The notes below the pieces were generated by a model, which saw only the letters and a program-made list of their open reading frames with translations, searched no databases and was not told the origin of the DNA. The position numbers and the translations under genes were made by a program. From Lama glama (taxonomy: Eukaryota), in NCBI GenBank assembly GCA_028534125.1, contig CM052816.1, positions 1,302,001 to 1,366,000 of the forward strand: a stretch of 64,000 nucleotides of DNA. Direction: 5' to 3'. Below are positions 59,311-64,000 of the stretch, piece by piece (positions within the stretch are counted from its first letter, which is position 1; every line of letters starts with the position of its first letter).

Positions 59311-60515
59311 CTGAGGATAAGGCAAAATATGAGAGATCGTTATGACTTCACTCCTGGTATCTCTGTATTCCAAAGGGTCTCACAAGGCGTAGCTCTCCAT
59401 TCACGGGACAAAGGTCTCCAATAAAATGCTCTAACGCTTACCTTTCAAGTGGTTTATCAATTTAGTAAGTTTTGAAAGGGAACTAGGGAACTGGACAGAT
59501 GAAAGAGAATAAAATCTGGGTTTAATGCCCTGAGAGGAAGAAAAAATCCTGCGTATATATTTTCATTAAAGACAGCGTGCTTTCATGGAGTCAACCTGGC
59601 TAAAACTGTTTCCAGGAAATGTCTGGAGGGACATTTTATGGAGCTAAAAGCAACAATGTAAAAATCAGTAGCTGACTAAACACCTTAAAAGAGAAAATGG
59701 TGATAAATTTATATATTCATTGCCATACACAGAATTATGGCCAGGGTACTAAAAGAAAATTGCCTACTCACTTCTCAGGTTTGAAATATTTAATACTGAA
59801 ATACAAAGAAACATGCTTTTAAAATTGTAACCATTTAGTTCACTTAAAAAAAAAAGAAGTGACGGTTGTTAAACCAGGATATAAGGGAAAAAAATTTTTT
59901 TTAAGTTAAAAATAAGTAGGGGAAAATGTTACTACTCCCAGATTTCTAAGCATACACAGTCTTGAAACATGACAGAAAGCTACCATAAGATCAACTACTT
60001 CCCTCAAACGAACCCAACTTCCTTCTAAGCAAATACAGGAAATGCAGAAGGACATGGAGGCCATCTCTCTACTGAAGGCAGCCACAGAAAGAGGCACATG
60101 AAAAAGCAGCCAGAGCCTAAGTGAACCCCTTCCCCAGGCCGTGGGGGACCCACCAGCCAGTCTTTACAGCACTGCCGCAAGTTAGGAAGGGGGGCCCTGC
60201 TTTGACAGCAGTGCAGCCAACAGCCTTTTAACATTCCAAGTGAGAGCTTTCCAAAGCAACAGCTCAAGAGTTTTTCCTCCTAATTTCTGGGTTTACAGGT
60301 AATAGATTATAGAAAAGAAAAACTGCGCCTGTGCCTAGTGATACGTGGTAACCGGTCACTGTCCACTGAGAAAATGTGGACCTGGTAAAAAACAAAATTC
60401 CAAGGCGCTGGGAGGCAACACGGCATTGTCAGCAGTTAGGTTTGCTAGCTGTTTCCAAACGTCCTTTGGTGTTTCTTCAAGACGCCCAGCATCAGTGCTC
60501 AAGTAGGTGTCTTAC

Positions 60516-60576
60516 CTCCTTTCTTAAACTGCTCATTTCCCTCCTCCTTTAGTCTAGTGCTCTCTTCTCTCCTTTT
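60516..60576 (-). CDS. TTC1: TTC1 coding exon (61 nt, start of the first TPR); upstream coding exon lies outside the window
   Basis: cag|AAAAGGAGA...AAAGGAG|gtaaga; KRREESTRLKEEGNEQFKKG; the six exons total 549 nt = 182 aa plus stop in one open frame. Confidence 0.94.
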
Positions 60577-60879
60577 CTGAAAGAGATCAGAGAACGACAT
60601 AATTCTTAGAATATTACTGTCAGTGAACAAAAGGTCAGCTTTCACTACACGTTAGCCCGTTGCATAGGCAGCAGCTTGATTTTCGAGAACTGGGTCAGTT
60701 TCATTAAATCTCAAACAGATATAGAGAAAAACACACAACCATCTGGCTCATCATCAATTGCATTCTGAAGTTTAAGAGACAAAACCTAGGTTTTCTATGT
60801 TTCTAGCTTTTGCACAGAATGGTAATTTCTGTTTACTCTAAATGAAACTGAACAACATACCCACTGGTATGCTTACCCT

Positions 60880-61068
60880 TACAAATTCAAATTCTAGATC
60901 TGCTACTTATTAATCGTATGATCTTGGACAAGTTCCAGATCTTTCTGAGTCTTAGTTTCTTCATCTAAAAACTGAGGCTTTAATAGATTTATGAATTAAT
61001 GTGACAATGTATATAAAGCTCCCAATATACTGACGGGCACATAAGGGCTCAATAAATAATAGGCTATT
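60880..61068 (+). mobile_element. MIR SINE
   Basis: 'ttcaaattctagatctgctacttattaatcgtatgatcttggacaagtt...tctttctgagtcttagtttcttcatctaaaaa...gggctcaataaat'. Confidence 0.7.
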
Positions 61069-61853
61069 ACTTCTGTAAAATAAGCAACTTAATACTTATT
61101 TAGCTACAGCTATAGTTTGTGTCATGAAGGAGACATACAGTGCGCCGGCAGAGTGCACTATGGGGAAACAAGTCTTATTCGCAGGGTCAGAGCATATGCT
61201 GTTAGCAGGCTAACGCAGGGAAATTTGAAGAAATTCAGATAAATCTCTTTTCTTAGCTGCTTCTAACAAGTCAGACTAACAAGTCAGAAATTCACACAGA
61301 TGGCTAAGCACTCACTGAACTCAAAGAGAGAGTGAATGCCATTCTGTAGACCAAAGACGACACATGCGGATCCCTCTGTGCTTTCAGCCCCGAACATCTT
61401 AGCAACGTGGTCAGCACCAGCAGAACTGGCTCAAGTGTCTGCCGCCACTTTTGACAGCGTTAAAACAAACAAACAAAGAAAACTCCAAAATCTCTTCCTT
61501 CATTCTTTAAGTTTCTGACTAAATAAGAACTTCAAAGGGAGGAAATACACTTAACAGGCTTTCTCATCCGCAGTACAAGCTGGGAGCCTAAACAATTGGT
61601 ACTTCTAAGATTAGGAACCAAACTAAAAATATTATGTCTCTGGACAAAGTTTGTAAGTGAGCTGTTGAGACCACCTTATTATACCTTATTATTATCCTCT
61701 GGGATGAAACAGAGCACTTGATGAATCTCAACAAAGAAACTAAAAGGAAGGTATAAACTGAATCTAATTTTTATGGTATCTATTATGTGCCAGATGTTCA
61801 ACAGATAAAATAATTCATTTTAAGATACAACGTATCTAAAGAAGGGCTACTCT

Positions 61854-62229
61854 TTTTTTTTTTACTGAGGTATAGTCAGTTTTCAATGTTGTGTCACTTT
61901 CTGGAGTACAGCACATTGCTACAGTCACACGTGAATATACATATATTCATTTTCATATTCTTTTTCACCATGAGCTACTACAAGATATCAAATATAGTTC
62001 CCTGTGCTGTACAGCATAAACTTGCTTATCTATTTTATATATACCAGTCAGTATCTGCAAATCTCAAACTCCCAATTTATCCCTTCCCACCCTCTTCCCC
62101 GCCAATAACCATAAGTTTGTTTTCTATGTCTGTGAGTCTGTTTCTGTTTTATATATAAGTTCATTTGTTTTTGTTTTTTTTTTAAGATTCCAGATATGAG
62201 TGATATCATACGGTATTTTTCTTTTGGCT
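61854..62229 (-). mobile_element. L1 3' UTR fragment with degenerate TSD
   Basis: Poly-T followed by 'actgaggtatagtcagttttcaatgttgtg...atatagttccctgtgctgtacag...ataagtttgttttctatgtctgtgagtctg'; flanks taaagaagggctactct and taaggagaggctactct. Confidence 0.8.
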
Positions 62230-62364
62230 TAAGGAGAGGCTACTCTAAGGGAATACAGAAAAAATAAAATGGGTGGTGGTGATGGCAATCAAAATATTAA
62301 AATCAGGCCACATTTCCCTAGTACTACCCAAGAGGGAGGTGCTTGGGTTGTAATGGTCCTCTGT

Positions 62365-62810
62365 TGTATTGGTTAGGATTTCTGGATGCAAGCAAAAAGA
62401 CTATCTCAGGCAAAAAAAATTTCTGAAGGGCGTATTTACTGGAATGCTACTGTGGGGCTCACACAATCAATGGAGACCTAAATGATAGGTTTAGAGAACA
62501 GGCAGGACTCGAGGCAGCTCTGTTAAGTCAAGAAGCAAGAAAACACTAAGTGCCTTCCAGTGGAAGAGACTGGTCAAGACAGGGCTGTAATAGCAGCCAA
62601 TAAATTCTAACCACTCCCTTTTCTTTGCCCTATCCAGATTTAAAGTTTTGGTCAGAAGCATCCAATGAGCCAAGTGTAGGTGACATGGCTCAGCAGTCAG
62701 AGACTGGAGTGAGGGACATGGGGGGCTGCCACCCAGCAAGATTATAGCACAAGGGAATTCCTCCACACAGGAAGGGGGATTGGATGCTGGAAGCCAAGAA
62801 AACTCCAGAA
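62365..62810. mobile_element. MaLR/MLT-like solo LTR (degenerate)
   Basis: Starts 'tgtattggttaggatttctggatgcaagcaaaaaga', like MLT1-type LTR termini; subfamily uncertain. Confidence 0.4.
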
Positions 62811-62834
62811 CAAATCCTGTTAAAAATTATTTCA

Positions 62835-64000
62835 ACTCCAAACAGACAAAGCAAACTTGACAAGGGAGAACAAAGCTGGAGGCATCATGCTCCTTGATTT
62901 CAAACTACACTACAAAGCTACAGTAATTAAAAACCAGTATGGTATTGGCATAAAAACACATTGATCAATGGAACAGAACAGGGAGCCCAGAAATAAACCC
63001 ACATATATATGGTCAATTAATTTATGACAAAGGAGCCAAGAATATACAATGAGGAAAGAACAGTCTCTTCAATAAATGGTCCTGGGAAAACTGGACAGCC
63101 ACATGTAAAAGAATGAAAATGGACCGCTATGTTATAACATACACAAAAACAAACTCAAAGTGGATCAAAGACTTGAACATAGTAAGACTTGAAACCACAG
63201 AACTCCTAGAAGAAAACAAAGGCAGTAATGCTCCTTGATACAGGTCTTGGTGATGATTTTCTGACTCTGACACCAAAAGCAAAAATAAACAAGTAGGACT
63301 CCACCAAACTGAAAAGCTTCAGCACAGCAAAGGAAACCATCAACAAAATGAATGGACGAAAATATTTGCAAAGCATCTATCTGATAAAGGGTTAATAGCC
63401 AAACTACATAAAGAGCTCATACAACTTAATAGCAAGAAACCCTCAACCTTATATAAAATGGGCAGAAGATCTAATAGACATTTTCCCAAAGAAGACATGA
63501 AGACATACGTGGCCAACAGGTACATGAAAAGATGTTCAACATCATTAATCATCAAGGAAATGCAAATCACAACTACAATGAGATATCATGTCACACTTGT
63601 CAGAATAGCAATAATTGATAAGACAAGAAATAACTGTTGGCAAGAATGTGGAGAAAAGAAAACCCTTGTGAAATGTTGGTGGGAATGTAAATTGGTGCAG
63701 CCACTATGGAAAACAGTATGGAAGTTCCTCAAAAAATTAAAAATAGAACCATCATATGATCCAGCAATTCCACTCCTGGGTATTTATCTGAAGAAAATGA
63801 AAACACTAACTCAAAAAGATATCTGCCCCTCCATGTTCACTGCAGCATTATTGACAACAGGCAAGATACAGAAACAACCTAAGTGTCCATCAATGGATGA
63901 ATGGATAAAGAAACTGTGGTATATGTAGACAACGGAATATGATTCAACAATAACAAAGAATGAAATCTTACCATTTGCGACAACATGGATGGATCTCAAG
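62835..64000 (+). mobile_element. 5'-truncated, frameshifted L1 ORF2 3' portion, running past the window end
   Basis: ORF 63458-63928 reads [22 protein letters not shown]...[22 protein letters not shown]...[11 protein letters not shown]...PKCPSMDEWIKKLWY, the cysteine-rich L1 ORF2 C-terminus; upstream 'ctggaggcatcatgctccttgatttcaaactacactacaaagctacagta'. Confidence 0.95.

Noticed and set aside
63458..63928. 156-aa ORF as a host gene or active retrotransposon
   Set aside because: Remnant of L1 ORF2 in a 5'-truncated, frameshifted copy
1..64000. CRISPR array, operon, prophage or other prokaryote-type system
   Set aside because: No regularly spaced repeat-spacer array or dense intronless gene cluster; the window is explained by spliced mammalian genes and interspersed repeats

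Overview
Eukaryotic (mammalian) genomic DNA, probably a camelid judging by its tRNA-Ala-derived SINEs. It holds two convergent genes. (1) PWWP2A on the + strand is complete: a CpG-island promoter rich in CCAAT boxes, exon 1 CDS 2303-2886, a 15.7-kb intron, and a large composite exon 2 (18614-20297). Together these give a 755-aa PWWP-domain chromatin reader. An internal splice donor at 19578 can instead join exons at 28946-29065 and 31379-31392, giving predicted PWWP-less isoforms of 560 and 520 aa. (2) TTC1 on the - strand contributes its last six coding exons (60576 down to the stop at 40193, 182 aa); its N-terminal exon lies beyond the window. Intron 1 of PWWP2A carries a disabled RPL22 processed pseudogene and a tiny retrocopy flanked by a target-site duplication (TSD). 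The rest is old interspersed repeats (MIR, L2, L1, hAT/MER, MLT), simple repeats and a 500-N assembly gap. I found no prokaryote-type system (CRISPR, operon, rRNA, true tRNA) and nothing I can support as a wholly new biological system. The most interesting signals concern RNA processing at PWWP2A (splice-versus-polyadenylation domain switch, possible back-splicing, candidate poison and antisense-overlapping exons) and nested retroposition. Repeat boundaries and subfamily names were judged by eye and are approximate.
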